Part shown: positions 48,846 to 58,984 of the stretch, piece by piece
Layout of the letters: the number at the start of each line of letters is the position of its first letter
How positions within the stretch are numbered: position 1 is the first letter of the stretch
Source: Acidimicrobiia bacterium
GTDB taxonomy: Bacteria; Actinomycetota; Acidimicrobiia; Spongiisociales; ZC4RG35
Assembly: GCA_963665765.1 (NCBI GenBank)
Contig: OY762464.1
Coordinates: 27,453 to 91,452, forward strand
Length of the DNA: 64,000 nt
Reading direction: 5' to 3'
The notes under the pieces: model-generated
Database searches by the model: none
The model's input: the letters and a program-made list of their open reading frames with translations, nothing else
Told to the model about the DNA's origin: nothing
Translations under genes and position numbers: made by a program

Positions 48846-49601
48846 TCAACGATGCTCGGGATTTTCGAAGTCGAAGCGACAGCCGGCATCCCACGCGGCG
48901 CGCTGGTTCCCGTGAACGGGCCACCCGCCGGCGTCGGTGATCATGCGAGCTGTGTGGAGAAGGTTCCAGGTCATAAAGGTGGTGTTGCGGTTGGTGAAGT
49001 CGTTCTCGGGACCGCCCGATCCAGGATCGAGATAAGAGGGTCCCGGACCCGCCTCGCCTATCCACCCGGCATCGGCTTGCGGAGGAATCACGTATCCGAT
49101 GTGCTGCAGTGCGTAGAGAATGCTCATCGAGCAATGCTTGATTCCGTCCTCGTTACCGGTGATGAGACACCCGCCAACCCGCCCGTAGTAGGCGTATTGT
49201 CCGTGCTGGTTGAGAATCCCCGAGGCGGAATAGAGCCGTTCGATCACCTGGGTGCAAACCGAGGACTTCTCGCCCAGCCAGATGGAAGAACCCAAGACCA
49301 GGATATTGGCGTCCATGACCTGTTGCAAGATCCCGGGCCAGTCGTCACGGTCGGCACCGTGTTCCGTCATGTCCGGCCACACTCCCGGCGCCAGGACATG
49401 GTCCACCGCCCGGATCTGGGTCACCGCCACCCCGTTGCGTTCCATGATGGCGGCGGAAATGTCCATCAAGCCCTGAGTGTGAGACCTTTCCGGGGACTTT
49501 TTGAGCGTGCAGTTGATAAACACCGCCGAGAGATCCGAGAAATCCCACTGGGTCTGGCTGCAAAGTTCTTCCTGCATGGGGGTAAGTTGAGCGGTGCTCA
49601 T
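48846..49601 (-). CDS. Flavodoxin / NADPH-dependent FMN reductase family protein
   Basis: NCTLKKSP..SHT, IWLG, GNEDG. Confidence 0.85.
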   Translation of the reverse strand: MSTAQLTPMQEELCSQTQWDFSDLSAVFINCTLKKSPERSHTQGLMDISAAIMERNGVAVTQIRAVDHVLAPGVWPDMTEHGADRDDWPGILQQVMDANILVLGSSIWLGEKSSVCTQVIERLYSASGILNQHGQYAYYGRVGGCLITGNEDGIKHCSMSILYALQHIGYVIPPQADAGWIGEAGPGPSYLDPGSGGPENDFTNRNTTFMTWNLLHTARMITDAGGWPVHGNQRAAWDAGCRFDFENPEHR

Positions 49602-49689
49602 ACCGGTCTCCTTTAGAAGCGTGACTCCGGGCAAAGGCTACCTGCCCGAAGGGTAAGATGCCTCTGTATGTCTCTGTGGTCCCCGCCTT

Positions 49690-50445
49690 TTGACCGCTGA
49701 GCTGGATCTGATCACCGGGGCGCTATTGGTGCTGGCCGGGTTTGTCGCCGCCTTCATCAATGTTATGGCTGGGGGAGGGTCGGCTGTCACCCTGATCATC
49801 CTGGAGCCGATGCTGGGCGCCAACGTCGCCAACGCCACCAACCGGGTGGCCATCGTGTTCGCCAACATTCTGGGTACTTCCAATTTCGCCCGCCGGCAAC
49901 TGGTTCCCTGGAAGATGTCGTTCAGTCTGCTCGTCCCCACCATGATCGGTACCGCGGCGGGGGCGTGGGTCGCTACCCGTGTCTCCAACGAGCAGATGCG
50001 CACGGCGTTTGCGGTGGTGCTGATCGCGGTGGCGCTCTCGGTGCTGCTCAAGCCGTCAGCCTGGTTGAAAGAGCAAGTGGAACCACGGCTGGGGCGCTGG
50101 GGCAGAGCGGCGGCTTTCCTGGGCATCGGCTTCTATGGGGGCTTCATCCAGGTGGGAGTGGGGTTTCTCTTGATCAGCGGTTTGGTGCTGGGATGCGGGC
50201 TGGATCTGGTGAAGGGCAGCGCCGCCAAGATGTTCCTGATCGCCTGCTACACGGCCCTGGCGGTTGGAATCTTCGCCTGGGCTGATCAGATCAACTGGGG
50301 AGTGGGCCTGGTGATGGCGATAGGCAACTGCAGCGGCGCCTACCTGGGCACCCGTATGGCCATCCAAAAAGGCGCCAGGCTGATCCGTTGGCTCTTGGCC
50401 GCCGCCTCGGTGGCGGTGGCTTTGCGCATGCTGTTCCTTCAATAG
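49690..50445 (+). CDS. TauE/SafE (TSUP) family membrane transporter
   Basis: AGGGS, ANATNR, GFYGGFIQ.G.G. Confidence 0.88.
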   Translation: MTAELDLITGALLVLAGFVAAFINVMAGGGSAVTLIILEPMLGANVANATNRVAIVFANILGTSNFARRQLVPWKMSFSLLVPTMIGTAAGAWVATRVSNEQMRTAFAVVLIAVALSVLLKPSAWLKEQVEPRLGRWGRAAAFLGIGFYGGFIQVGVGFLLISGLVLGCGLDLVKGSAAKMFLIACYTALAVGIFAWADQINWGVGLVMAIGNCSGAYLGTRMAIQKGARLIRWLLAAASVAVALRMLFLQ

Positions 50446-50479
50446 TACGGTCCAGCCTGCTGTCGGTAACCTCCTGGCG

Positions 50480-51523
50480 ATGATCATCCCGGTTCTCCTG
50501 TCGGGAGGGATCGGCATTCGCCTTTGGCCGCTGTCAACTCCCGATTCGCCCAAGCAGCTTCTTCGTCTCTTCGGTGGTGAGTCACTTCTGCAGTCCACCG
50601 TTCGACGGGTGGAGGGGATGGAGGAAACGTCAGCTCCGCTCATCGTCACCGGCAAGTCCATGGAACGCCGGATTGCCGAACATCTGGAGGAAATCAGCTG
50701 CACCCCGGTGGCGGTGCTGACCGAACCGATGGGCCGCAACACCGCACCGGCCGCCATGGCAGCCGCCCTGTGGGCCGATCCCGACCACCTGCTGCTGGGG
50801 CTGCCCACCGACCACCTGGTGACCGATGTGGCGGGATTCCAATCCGCCATCAGAACCGCCATTCGGCCCGCCGAGCAGGGCAAACCGGTGATTTTCGGGA
50901 TACGGCCCTCTCGCCCCCATCCCGGCCTGGGATACCTGGAAGTCGCACCCGGCACTCACCCCGGGGTGGTGGGAGTCCGCCGGTTTGTGGAAAAACCCGA
51001 CATCGAAACCGCCCGGCGGATGGTTGATTCCGGCAACTACCTGTGGAACGGAGGGATGTTCCTGACCCGAGCCGACACCATGCGGGAATTGATCGAAAGA
51101 CTGTTGCCCGAGGTGGCCCGGGCGGTCCGAAAAGCATACTCCACCGCCCGCCGTCCTCCCGGTGGAACAGTGGAATTGGGCGCCGCATTCGAAGGCTCGC
51201 CCTCGGTGTCGGTGGCAAAAGGTCTCTGGGAACGGGCGGAACACGTCCAAGCCGTGCCGATGGAGGCGGGGTGGTCCGATATTGGATCGTGGGAAGCTCT
51301 GGGCGAGCAACTGGAAGAGGATGACCGGAACAACGTAATCAACGGAACGGCGGTGGCAGAGGCGGCCCGGGGAGTTCACATTCACTCGCGGAGCGCCCGG
51401 ACCGCGGTGATCGGGGTCTCTGATGTGGTGGTGGTGGTAGCCAATGACCGGGTGCTGGTGGTCAGCAAGAAGATGTGGGAGCAAACGGGTGAAACGGTCA
51501 AGAGGCTGGAAGACTTTTCCTGA
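50480..51523 (+). CDS. Mannose-1-phosphate guanylyltransferase-like
   Basis: GG.G.RLWPLS, PKQ, EPMGRNTAPA, FVEKP, WSDIGSW. Confidence 0.85.
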   Translation: MIIPVLLSGGIGIRLWPLSTPDSPKQLLRLFGGESLLQSTVRRVEGMEETSAPLIVTGKSMERRIAEHLEEISCTPVAVLTEPMGRNTAPAAMAAALWADPDHLLLGLPTDHLVTDVAGFQSAIRTAIRPAEQGKPVIFGIRPSRPHPGLGYLEVAPGTHPGVVGVRRFVEKPDIETARRMVDSGNYLWNGGMFLTRADTMRELIERLLPEVARAVRKAYSTARRPPGGTVELGAAFEGSPSVSVAKGLWERAEHVQAVPMEAGWSDIGSWEALGEQLEEDDRNNVINGTAVAEAARGVHIHSRSARTAVIGVSDVVVVVANDRVLVVSKKMWEQTGETVKRLEDFS

Positions 51524-51551
51524 TGGCGGGGCCGGGGGACCGGCGTTGCGG

Positions 51552-51848
51552 ATGGCGGCCTTAGGGGTGGTGATGATCGCCCTGACGGCGTGCTCGAGTT
51601 CGCCATCTCCCGACGCCACCGGACCGGAACTTTTCGGTGACCTGTGCTCCACCTGCCACGGCGCCGGACTGGAGGGCAAGGTGGGTCCCTCACTGGGGCC
51701 AGGATCGCCCAGCGCCGAACTTCCCGATCAGTATCTCGTGACCTCAATAAGACGGGGAATCGGGACTATGCCGTCCTTTGATCACCTGAGCGAAGAGCAG
51801 ATATCCCGCCTAGTCACCTTCATCCGGGACGTGCAGGCCGAACGATGA
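51552..51848 (+). CDS. Monoheme cytochrome c lipoprotein
   Basis: Lipobox LTAC, CSTCH, distal MPSF. Confidence 0.85.
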   Translation: MAALGVVMIALTACSSSPSPDATGPELFGDLCSTCHGAGLEGKVGPSLGPGSPSAELPDQYLVTSIRRGIGTMPSFDHLSEEQISRLVTFIRDVQAER

Positions 51849-52831
51849 ACCCACCGCCGGACCGGGTGTTCCAAAACGGACCCCTGGCCGGGCTGGAGGC
51901 CTGGGCGGTTGCGATCCCGATGGCTCTGCGCTATCGACGTCTGAGTGTGCGGCGGGCGGTGCTGCTCCGCGGTCCGGCGGGCTGGGGAGAGTTTTCGCCG
52001 TTCGAGGAATACCGCGATGCCACCGTGGCACCCTGGCTGGCATCGGCTCTCGAATCGGCTATCCGACCTCTGCCACCCCCGATCCGAGATCGGATTCCGG
52101 TCAATGTCACGGTTCCCCCGATCGAAGCCGGGCTGGCTAAACGTCTGGTTGAGAATTCGGGTTGCCGGACCGCCAAAGTGAAAGCAGCCGAGATCGGCCA
52201 GAGTTTCGCAGATGATCTGGACCGGGTGGCGGCGGTGCGGGAAGCCCTGGGAGACAACGGTTTCCTGCGAATAGATGTCAACGGCGCTTGGGGAGTGGAC
52301 GAAGCGGAATCCCGCCTCCGTAGCTTGGAAGTGTTCGATCTGCAGTATGTGGAGCAGCCCTGCGCCACCCTCGCCGAACTGGCCGAACTGCGACCGCGGA
52401 CCTCGACCCCGATCGCCGCCGACGAATCAATCCGCGCCGGCGTCTCCCCCGAGCAGATACTCGAATCGGGAGGAGTGGACATGCTGGTCATGAAAGTACA
52501 ACCCATGGGCGGCGTAGCCCCGATGTTGGAATGGGCATCGCGCACCGGCTTGCCGGTGATTGCGTCATCGGCATTGGAAACCTCGGTGGGCCTGGCCACC
52601 GGACTGGCGGCCGCCGCCGCCCTGCCCGGCCTTCGGTATGCCTGCGGCCTGGCCACCGCCTCACTCCTCGCCGGAGACGTGGTCCGCCAACCGCTGGCGC
52701 CAGAACTTGGTGAGATAACCCTCCGCCGACCGATCCCCGACCCGGAACTGTTGCAAAAATGGAAGCCGGAAGAAAAAATGGTGCATGCCTTGCTCGCCCG
52801 TTTGGAGAGGGTCTCTGTCCACCTCGGTTGA
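51845..52831 (+). CDS. menC: o-Succinylbenzoate synthase (actinobacterial type)
   Basis: GWGEFSPF, VNVTVP, KVK, D.NG, EQP, DES, SALETSVG. Confidence 0.92.
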   Translation: MNPPPDRVFQNGPLAGLEAWAVAIPMALRYRRLSVRRAVLLRGPAGWGEFSPFEEYRDATVAPWLASALESAIRPLPPPIRDRIPVNVTVPPIEAGLAKRLVENSGCRTAKVKAAEIGQSFADDLDRVAAVREALGDNGFLRIDVNGAWGVDEAESRLRSLEVFDLQYVEQPCATLAELAELRPRTSTPIAADESIRAGVSPEQILESGGVDMLVMKVQPMGGVAPMLEWASRTGLPVIASSALETSVGLATGLAAAAALPGLRYACGLATASLLAGDVVRQPLAPELGEITLRRPIPDPELLQKWKPEEKMVHALLARLERVSVHLG

Positions 52832-52965
52832 CCTCCGGCAGGAGCAAGAGTGTCACACCAGGCCCCCCCCCGAAAAGGGTGGTCCCGGTACAATAGCGGT
52901 GGGGAGAATGCTGATCAGTTTGGAAGCTTTGGTTAGGTCTACGGCAACGCAGCCACGGAGTTGAT

Positions 52966-53964
52966 GTGATGGTAGTGATTGACTCGAGTTTTGTTCCTAC
53001 GTTGGCGGAGGCGGAGCGGGCTGCGAAGGTGGTGGCTGACGCGGGTGCGGGGAGGGTGTTGGTGTTTGGGTCGGTGGTCCGGGGTGAGGCTCACCGTCAC
53101 AGTGATATTGACTTGATGGTGATTTTCGACAACCTCGATTATGCCGTCCGGCAGGATCTCACCATGGAACTGGAACGTTTGGCGCGTGCTGAGGTGGGCT
53201 GTCTGGTGGATGTTCATCTGACTGATCGTCCGGAGTGGAAGATGCGCACCGAACAGGTGGTGACCTCTTTTGAGAGCAGGGTGAAGAGACAGGCGCGGGT
53301 GGTGGTGGACAAGCCTCTTGGCGAGGTCGATTGGGACAAGGAGATGGTCATGCCCGAAAGCGACTACCAAGAGGCCGTCGAACGGCTGCGCCAAGTATCA
53401 AACGCGCTGGGAGGTATTCAGAGCGGTTTCGTACCCACCTTCTACCAGCGGTTTTTGGAGGAGGAGGACCAGAAGATGCAGGCGTTCGCCGAATATGAAC
53501 AGAGGCTCGCGCTGGGATGCGCGGCTGGGCATCTCACTGTGGAGACGGCCATAAAGTCGCTGATCCACCTGTCGTCGTCCCCGTCGGCTCAGCCATGGGG
53601 CCATGATATTGACAAGCTGCTTGCCCAGATGAACGAACCGCACCGAAGCGAGATCGAAACCCGTCTGGCTGCGGTGGGGGTCGAGAATCTTCAGAGCTGG
53701 CAACAGCAGGCCCGTCACGAACGGTTTGTCACCCCCACCTCTGAGCTGTTCACGGCGATCACCAAAGCGGCCTGCCGGGTGGCCTTCTACACTGTGGGCC
53801 GGTTCCCGCCGGGGATGAAAATCGCGGCCGAGGTAGGGAGAAAAGTGTCGTTCATAGAACAAGAGTTGGATCGCCGCGATCTCTACACGGGTCTTAACCG
53901 GAGCGATCACTCAGGAGACGACACTAACGAGCGACCTCCGGTGGAGTTTCCCACCTTTGGCTGA
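52966..53964 (+). CDS. Fused minimal nucleotidyltransferase + HEPN domain protein
   Basis: FGSVVRG.....SDIDL...VDV (MNT); ETAIKSLI...GHDIDKLL (HEPN). Confidence 0.8.
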   Translation: MMVVIDSSFVPTLAEAERAAKVVADAGAGRVLVFGSVVRGEAHRHSDIDLMVIFDNLDYAVRQDLTMELERLARAEVGCLVDVHLTDRPEWKMRTEQVVTSFESRVKRQARVVVDKPLGEVDWDKEMVMPESDYQEAVERLRQVSNALGGIQSGFVPTFYQRFLEEEDQKMQAFAEYEQRLALGCAAGHLTVETAIKSLIHLSSSPSAQPWGHDIDKLLAQMNEPHRSEIETRLAAVGVENLQSWQQQARHERFVTPTSELFTAITKAACRVAFYTVGRFPPGMKIAAEVGRKVSFIEQELDRRDLYTGLNRSDHSGDDTNERPPVEFPTFG

Positions 53965-53998
53965 TAGCACCTGTAGCCTGCCTTCGGCAGAGGTGTAC

Positions 53999-55726
53999 GT
54001 GAGTCCTTCCTATCCCAATTCTTCTGTGGCACTGGCGGAGACAGTTGTGGATGAACTGGTGAGAGGAGGGGTCAAGAGATTCGCGCTCTCACCCGGGTCC
54101 CGGTCGGGAGCTTTGGCCAGAGCGGTGCAAGATCATCCCGGAGCGACCCTGGCAGTGTTGATCGACGAGCGTTCCGCCTGTTTTTTTGCGATGGGCGCCG
54201 CTCGGATGGGCAGAACGCCGGCCGCCGTGATCACCACTTCCGGAACGGCGGCGGCCAACCTGTTCCCGGGGGTGGTGGAAGCCGACGCTTCGGGGGTTCC
54301 CCTGATCGTGATCACTGCCGATCGTCCCCCGGAACTTCGCGAAACCGGGGCCAATCAGACCATCGACCAGATCAAGCTGTTCGGCTCAACGGTCCGGTGG
54401 TTCTGGGAGGCCGGACCCGCCGAGGACCGGCCTGAATCCAATTCCTATTGGAGAGCCTCGGTGGCGCGGACGGTGAGCGAGGCGCGGGGCTGGGGTGGTC
54501 GTCCCGGACCGGTCCATCTCAACCTGGCATTCCGAGAGCCCACCGCGCCCGTCGAAGATGATGGCCGCTCCCGGGCGAGGGCGTTCGATTCCGCCACCGA
54601 GGGACACCCGGATGGAAACCCCTGGATCACCACCGAGCGACAGTCGGAATCGGAAATGGACCCCTCTCTAATGGCTCAAGTAGAACAGGCTCAGCGGGGC
54701 GTAGTGGTGGTGGGGGAGGGCGCCGGCGGATCAGGTGTCTATGGGCAACTTGCCGAGCGACTCGGCTGGCCCCTGATCGCCGAAGCACTCTCCGGAGCGC
54801 GGCGTCCGTCTTCGATTTCTACTTACCACTATCTGCTTGGAGGGTCTCCTGCCGCTTTGCGACCGGATCTGGCACTGTGTTTCGGCCAAACCGGGCTCAG
54901 TCCCAATCTTTCCAACCTTCTGTCGGATCCCACTGTTACCCAGGTGGTGGTGGGCGCTCCTCGACGGTGGGCCGATCCGAATCGAAGGGTCTCCCATATG
55001 GTGGCTACCAAGCCCTCCACCTTGGCTCGGGCGATGTTGGAGGCGGTGGAGAACCGTCACCACCCCGGGGACTGGTTGGAGAGGTGGCGAGAAGCCGACC
55101 GAGCCGGCCGCTTGGTCATAGATGGCATCCTGGACGAAACCCATCATCCCACCGAGCCCCGTATAGCCCGGGATCTGGCGGCGTTGGAGCTGGACGGGCT
55201 GGTGGTGGGATCCTCAATGCCGGTCCGCCAGGTGGACTGGTTTGCCGAGAAGACCCCTTCCCGAATGATCGGGAATCGGGGAGCTTCCGGGATCGATGGG
55301 CTGGTCTCCACCGCGTTGGGCGCAGCCTGGGGATCTCCGGGTCGGCTGGCCTGTCTGATCGGCGACCTGGCGCTGCTTCATGACTCCAACGGGTTCCTGG
55401 TGGATGAGCGCCCCTCCTGTGTGCTGGTGGTGATCAACAACGGCGGCGGAGGTATCTTCAACTTCCTGCCCCAGGCCCGCCATCCCCACTTCGAGAAGCT
55501 GTTCGGAACCCCGCACGGGCGAGATTTCCAAACGCTGGCGACGCTCCACGATCTCGGATACTCCAGGCTCGAACGGGCCTCGGATCTTTCGCCCACCGTC
55601 TACCACGCTCTGGCCGCGGGGGGTCCATGGCTGGTGGAAGCTCGTACCGACCGGGAAGAGAACTATGGACTCCACCAGCGAATCGAGCGGGAGACCGCCC
55701 GCCGGGTGGCCTCGATTCTCGGCTAG
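53999..55726 (+). CDS. menD: SEPHCHC synthase
   Basis: SPGSRS, DERSA, TSGTA, NRGASGIDG, GDLALLHD..NNGGG; start approximate. Confidence 0.95.
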   Translation: MSPSYPNSSVALAETVVDELVRGGVKRFALSPGSRSGALARAVQDHPGATLAVLIDERSACFFAMGAARMGRTPAAVITTSGTAAANLFPGVVEADASGVPLIVITADRPPELRETGANQTIDQIKLFGSTVRWFWEAGPAEDRPESNSYWRASVARTVSEARGWGGRPGPVHLNLAFREPTAPVEDDGRSRARAFDSATEGHPDGNPWITTERQSESEMDPSLMAQVEQAQRGVVVVGEGAGGSGVYGQLAERLGWPLIAEALSGARRPSSISTYHYLLGGSPAALRPDLALCFGQTGLSPNLSNLLSDPTVTQVVVGAPRRWADPNRRVSHMVATKPSTLARAMLEAVENRHHPGDWLERWREADRAGRLVIDGILDETHHPTEPRIARDLAALELDGLVVGSSMPVRQVDWFAEKTPSRMIGNRGASGIDGLVSTALGAAWGSPGRLACLIGDLALLHDSNGFLVDERPSCVLVVINNGGGGIFNFLPQARHPHFEKLFGTPHGRDFQTLATLHDLGYSRLERASDLSPTVYHALAAGGPWLVEARTDREENYGLHQRIERETARRVASILG

Positions 55727-56940
55727 CGCAGATCCAAGGCGTCGGTCATGGTCCGCAGCTTGAGGCGCGTTTCGGCCAGTTCTTCTTCGGGCAGCGAGCC
55801 GTTGACGATCCCGGCGCCGGCGAACAGGCGAGCACCTGTCCTGTTCAGCCGGGCGCAACGCAGAGCGATGGCCCACTCTCCGCCTCCGGCCTGATCGAAC
55901 CATCCCACCGGACCGGCGTACCCTGTCCGATCGATGCCTTCCAGTTCCCGTATGGCCTCCAACGCCGCGCCTTGAGGGACGCCTCCCACCGCCGCGGTGG
56001 GATGGAGGCGCTCCAGCACCTCGAAGCAGGACATAGGTCGGGCCAGGACGCCCAAAAAGGAGGTGGCCAGGTGGCGCAGATTGGCCAGTTCCGCGATGGT
56101 CGGCCGATGGTTGTGGCTCAGCCGAGAACACACCTGCCGCAAGGCATCTTCCACGGAACCCACGGTCAAGGCGTGTTCGAGCCGGTTCTTTTGAGAAGCC
56201 AGGAGATCCAGCGCCAATTGCTCGTCCCGGTCGGGATCCGAATGGCGAGGAGCGGTTCCCGCCAGAGCCAGGGACTGCACTTCCCGGCCCCGCTGGCGCA
56301 GCAAGAGCTCGGGGCTGGCGCCCACCAGTCCGTTCACCAAAAAGGTGAAACACGCCGGATACGCCCCGTGCAGCCGGTCCAGCAGCAACCGGACGTCAAA
56401 AGGCGACTTGCTCCAGACCTCCACATCTCTGGCCAGCACCACCTTCCGGAGGCACCCGGACTCGATCATCCTCACCGCCCGCGCCACCGATTCCATCCAC
56501 TCCCAATCGGGACGAGTAGCCCCCAGATAGCGGGGACGGTCGGGGGCTTTGGCCCGGTGGTGGCAAGACTCGAACATGGCGGGAGCGACGTCTCCCACGG
56601 TGGTTATCCAAGAACGGGAACCCTGGCGTCCCACCAGCACCGAGGGCGTCGCCACCACCGACCCCCCGGACTCGGAATCGAAGGTGAACGAGCCGAAACC
56701 CACCGGACCGCTCCCCACCTGCCCGACTCGGTCATCCATCTCCATCCCCGATAGCCACTTCTCCCAAGCGTCTCGGGCTCGCCAGAACCGCCCCTCCCCG
56801 AGACCGGGATCAAAGCGCCAAGCCTGGCCGTATCCCGTCAAAGAAAAGTCGCCGTGTTTCCACGCCAAGGTGGGGCAGGAAGGCGGACGGGCCGACCATT
56901 CGCTCTCTTGCCGGGGAAGCGAGCGAATCAAACGGCTCAC
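55723..56940 (-). CDS. menF: Isochorismate synthase
   Basis: KVVLAR, GASPELL, ALAGT, LHPTAAVGG, AGAGIV. Confidence 0.92.
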   Translation of the reverse strand: MSRLIRSLPRQESEWSARPPSCPTLAWKHGDFSLTGYGQAWRFDPGLGEGRFWRARDAWEKWLSGMEMDDRVGQVGSGPVGFGSFTFDSESGGSVVATPSVLVGRQGSRSWITTVGDVAPAMFESCHHRAKAPDRPRYLGATRPDWEWMESVARAVRMIESGCLRKVVLARDVEVWSKSPFDVRLLLDRLHGAYPACFTFLVNGLVGASPELLLRQRGREVQSLALAGTAPRHSDPDRDEQLALDLLASQKNRLEHALTVGSVEDALRQVCSRLSHNHRPTIAELANLRHLATSFLGVLARPMSCFEVLERLHPTAAVGGVPQGAALEAIRELEGIDRTGYAGPVGWFDQAGGGEWAIALRCARLNRTGARLFAGAGIVNGSLPEEELAETRLKLRTMTDALDLR

Positions 56941-57437
56941 GAGGTGCTGGATTCTTCCAGGACGGCGCGGGCGGTCTGCAGCAGGATCCTCCGAAAGTGG
57001 CCGGCCACCAACTTCTCGGTGGCCGAAATCATGGTCTGGTACGCCTCCACCAGACGTTGCGAAGCCTCGACCTCCGACCCGGCGGTGAACTCCACCGAGT
57101 CGCGCACGAACCGCGCGAAGACCTCCACCGCCCCGGCCGCGATCGGACGCATCGCCTCGTCCATCTGTTCCGCCAGACTCAGCAACTCATCGAGGGGAAC
57201 CCCCTTCTCCAGCAGCATTCTGCCGGCCTTCAGGGCTTCGGCATCACCACCGTGGTACAGGGGAGTGGGAAGGGTGCGTTCGGGGATCAGGATGCCGAGC
57301 CGTTCCAGGGCCTCCAACACCGCCACCGAGAGTCCCGATGCTTCCGAGAGTTGCTCCAGACCCAGGGCTGACTCGCTTCCACTCGCCAGCAACGTCTCGT
57401 AGAGAGAGCGATCCCAAGGATCGAGTTGGCCGGACAC
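56937..57437 (-). CDS. MerR-like HTH protein
   Basis: LEQLSEASGLS..LERLGIL.P...Y; helical C-terminus. Confidence 0.65.
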   Translation of the reverse strand: MSGQLDPWDRSLYETLLASGSESALGLEQLSEASGLSVAVLEALERLGILIPERTLPTPLYHGGDAEALKAGRMLLEKGVPLDELLSLAEQMDEAMRPIAAGAVEVFARFVRDSVEFTAGSEVEASQRLVEAYQTMISATEKLVAGHFRRILLQTARAVLEESSTS

Positions 57438-57462
57438 GATCTCTCAGAACCCGCCCCAAATG

Positions 57463-57906
57463 TCAGGCAGCGGCTCTTTCCAGGTGTTTTCTGACTTGGT
57501 TCTTCAAAGTGGCCACGATCGCGCCCATACCCCGCAGCCGCAGGGGCGACACCACCTCTTCCAGCCCCACCCCGTAGTAGAAGTCATCGGGAAGATCGAG
57601 CAGGGCTTGGGCCGATTCGCCGTCCAGACCCACCGACAGAAGTCCGGCGTAGCCGCGGATGGTGGGTGACTGGGGCGGAGCGTCGAAGAACATCCTGACC
57701 GTACGGTCCTCTTCCAGGCGAGTTGCCAGGTAGAAAGGGGTCTGGCATTCCACCACCCGCTCCAGTTGGTCTTCCATCTCCCCGTGATATTCGGCCGGCA
57801 TGGGAGGGAGAGTGCGGGACAAATCCAGCAGGGCGTGGCCCCTGATCGAGCGGGGAGTGGTCTGCAACAGCGTGAGGATGCGTTCGAGGCGCTCGGGAAG
57901 GGCCAT
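57463..57906 (-). CDS. sufE: SufE family sulfur acceptor
   Basis: ECQTP, SPTIRGYA, SPLRLRG. Confidence 0.9.
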   Translation of the reverse strand: MALPERLERILTLLQTTPRSIRGHALLDLSRTLPPMPAEYHGEMEDQLERVVECQTPFYLATRLEEDRTVRMFFDAPPQSPTIRGYAGLLSVGLDGESAQALLDLPDDFYYGVGLEEVVSPLRLRGMGAIVATLKNQVRKHLERAAA

Positions 57907-57934
57907 CCGCCTCAGGATAACACCAACCCGAGGG

Positions 57935-57961
57935 GGAATACTTCCGGCTTCAAGTGGGGTT
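57935..57961 (+). promoter_or_regulatory. Putative SigH/SigR-type promoter of sseA
   Basis: GGAAT-N19-GTT. Confidence 0.4.
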
Positions 57962-58028
57962 TAAGTTTGTACGGCTTGGGAAGTACCTTAATACTTCCTG
58001 CCTGCGCCAAACAACTGGAGATGAATGC

Positions 58029-58901
58029 ATGTCTGAAACCGACAATCCCAAGTTCGCCGCCTACGCGCATAGCGGGATGCTGGTCACCACCGAGTGGCTC
58101 GAGCAGCATCTTGACGATGCCAACGTTATCCCGGTGGAATCGAACGAGGATCCACTGCTCTATGACACGGGGCACATCCCGGGAGCGGTGAATCTCGACT
58201 GGCACCTGGATTTGAACGATCCACTGATCAGGGACTATCTCCAGAGCGAAGGGTTTTCCTCGGTGATGGGAGACAAGGGAATCACTCCTGACTCCACCCT
58301 GGTTTTCTACGGTGACAATTTCAACTGGTGGGCCACTTATGCACTATGGGTGGTGTCGCTGTTCGGCCATGGCGATGTCCGTATCCTCGATGGGGGACGC
58401 ATGAAATGGGAGGCCGAGGGTCGCCCGCTCACCACCGAGCCCACGCGCCGCGCGGCGGTGGATTACCCGATGGTCAGCCGGGACGACAGCAGAATTCGCG
58501 CTTTCCTTCCCTTGGTGCTCGACCATGCCAAGGCAGGCGCCCCGTTGGTGGACGTTCGCTCTCCCGAGGAGTTCCGGGGCGAGCGTCTGCACATGCCCGG
58601 CTACCCGAATGAGGGATCCACGAGAGGGGGACACATCCCCAACGCCAGCAACGTCCCCTGGAAGCGGGCTGCCAACGACGACGGCACTTTCAAAGATGCC
58701 GACCAACTGCGAGCCATCTACGAAAACGAAGTGGGCCTGGCAGCCGGTGACGACGTGATCACCTATTGTCGGATCGGAGAAAGGTCCAGCCACAGCTGGT
58801 TCGTGCTCACCCACCTGCTCGGTTTCGAGAATGTCCGCAACTACGACGGGTCGTGGACCGAGTATGGAAACACCGTAGGCGTCCCGATCGAAAAACCCTG
58901 A
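58029..58901 (+). CDS. sseA: Thiosulfate sulfurtransferase (rhodanese)
   Basis: GHIPGA, LDGG, active loop [14 protein letters not shown]. Confidence 0.92.
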   Translation: MSETDNPKFAAYAHSGMLVTTEWLEQHLDDANVIPVESNEDPLLYDTGHIPGAVNLDWHLDLNDPLIRDYLQSEGFSSVMGDKGITPDSTLVFYGDNFNWWATYALWVVSLFGHGDVRILDGGRMKWEAEGRPLTTEPTRRAAVDYPMVSRDDSRIRAFLPLVLDHAKAGAPLVDVRSPEEFRGERLHMPGYPNEGSTRGGHIPNASNVPWKRAANDDGTFKDADQLRAIYENEVGLAAGDDVITYCRIGERSSHSWFVLTHLLGFENVRNYDGSWTEYGNTVGVPIEKP

Positions 58902-58984
58902 ACGCATCTGACGCCTCCCAAGACTGACAGCCGGGGCGGGCTCATGCCCTCCCCGGTTGCTCTTTTGGTAGTAGCCTGGGGTCT

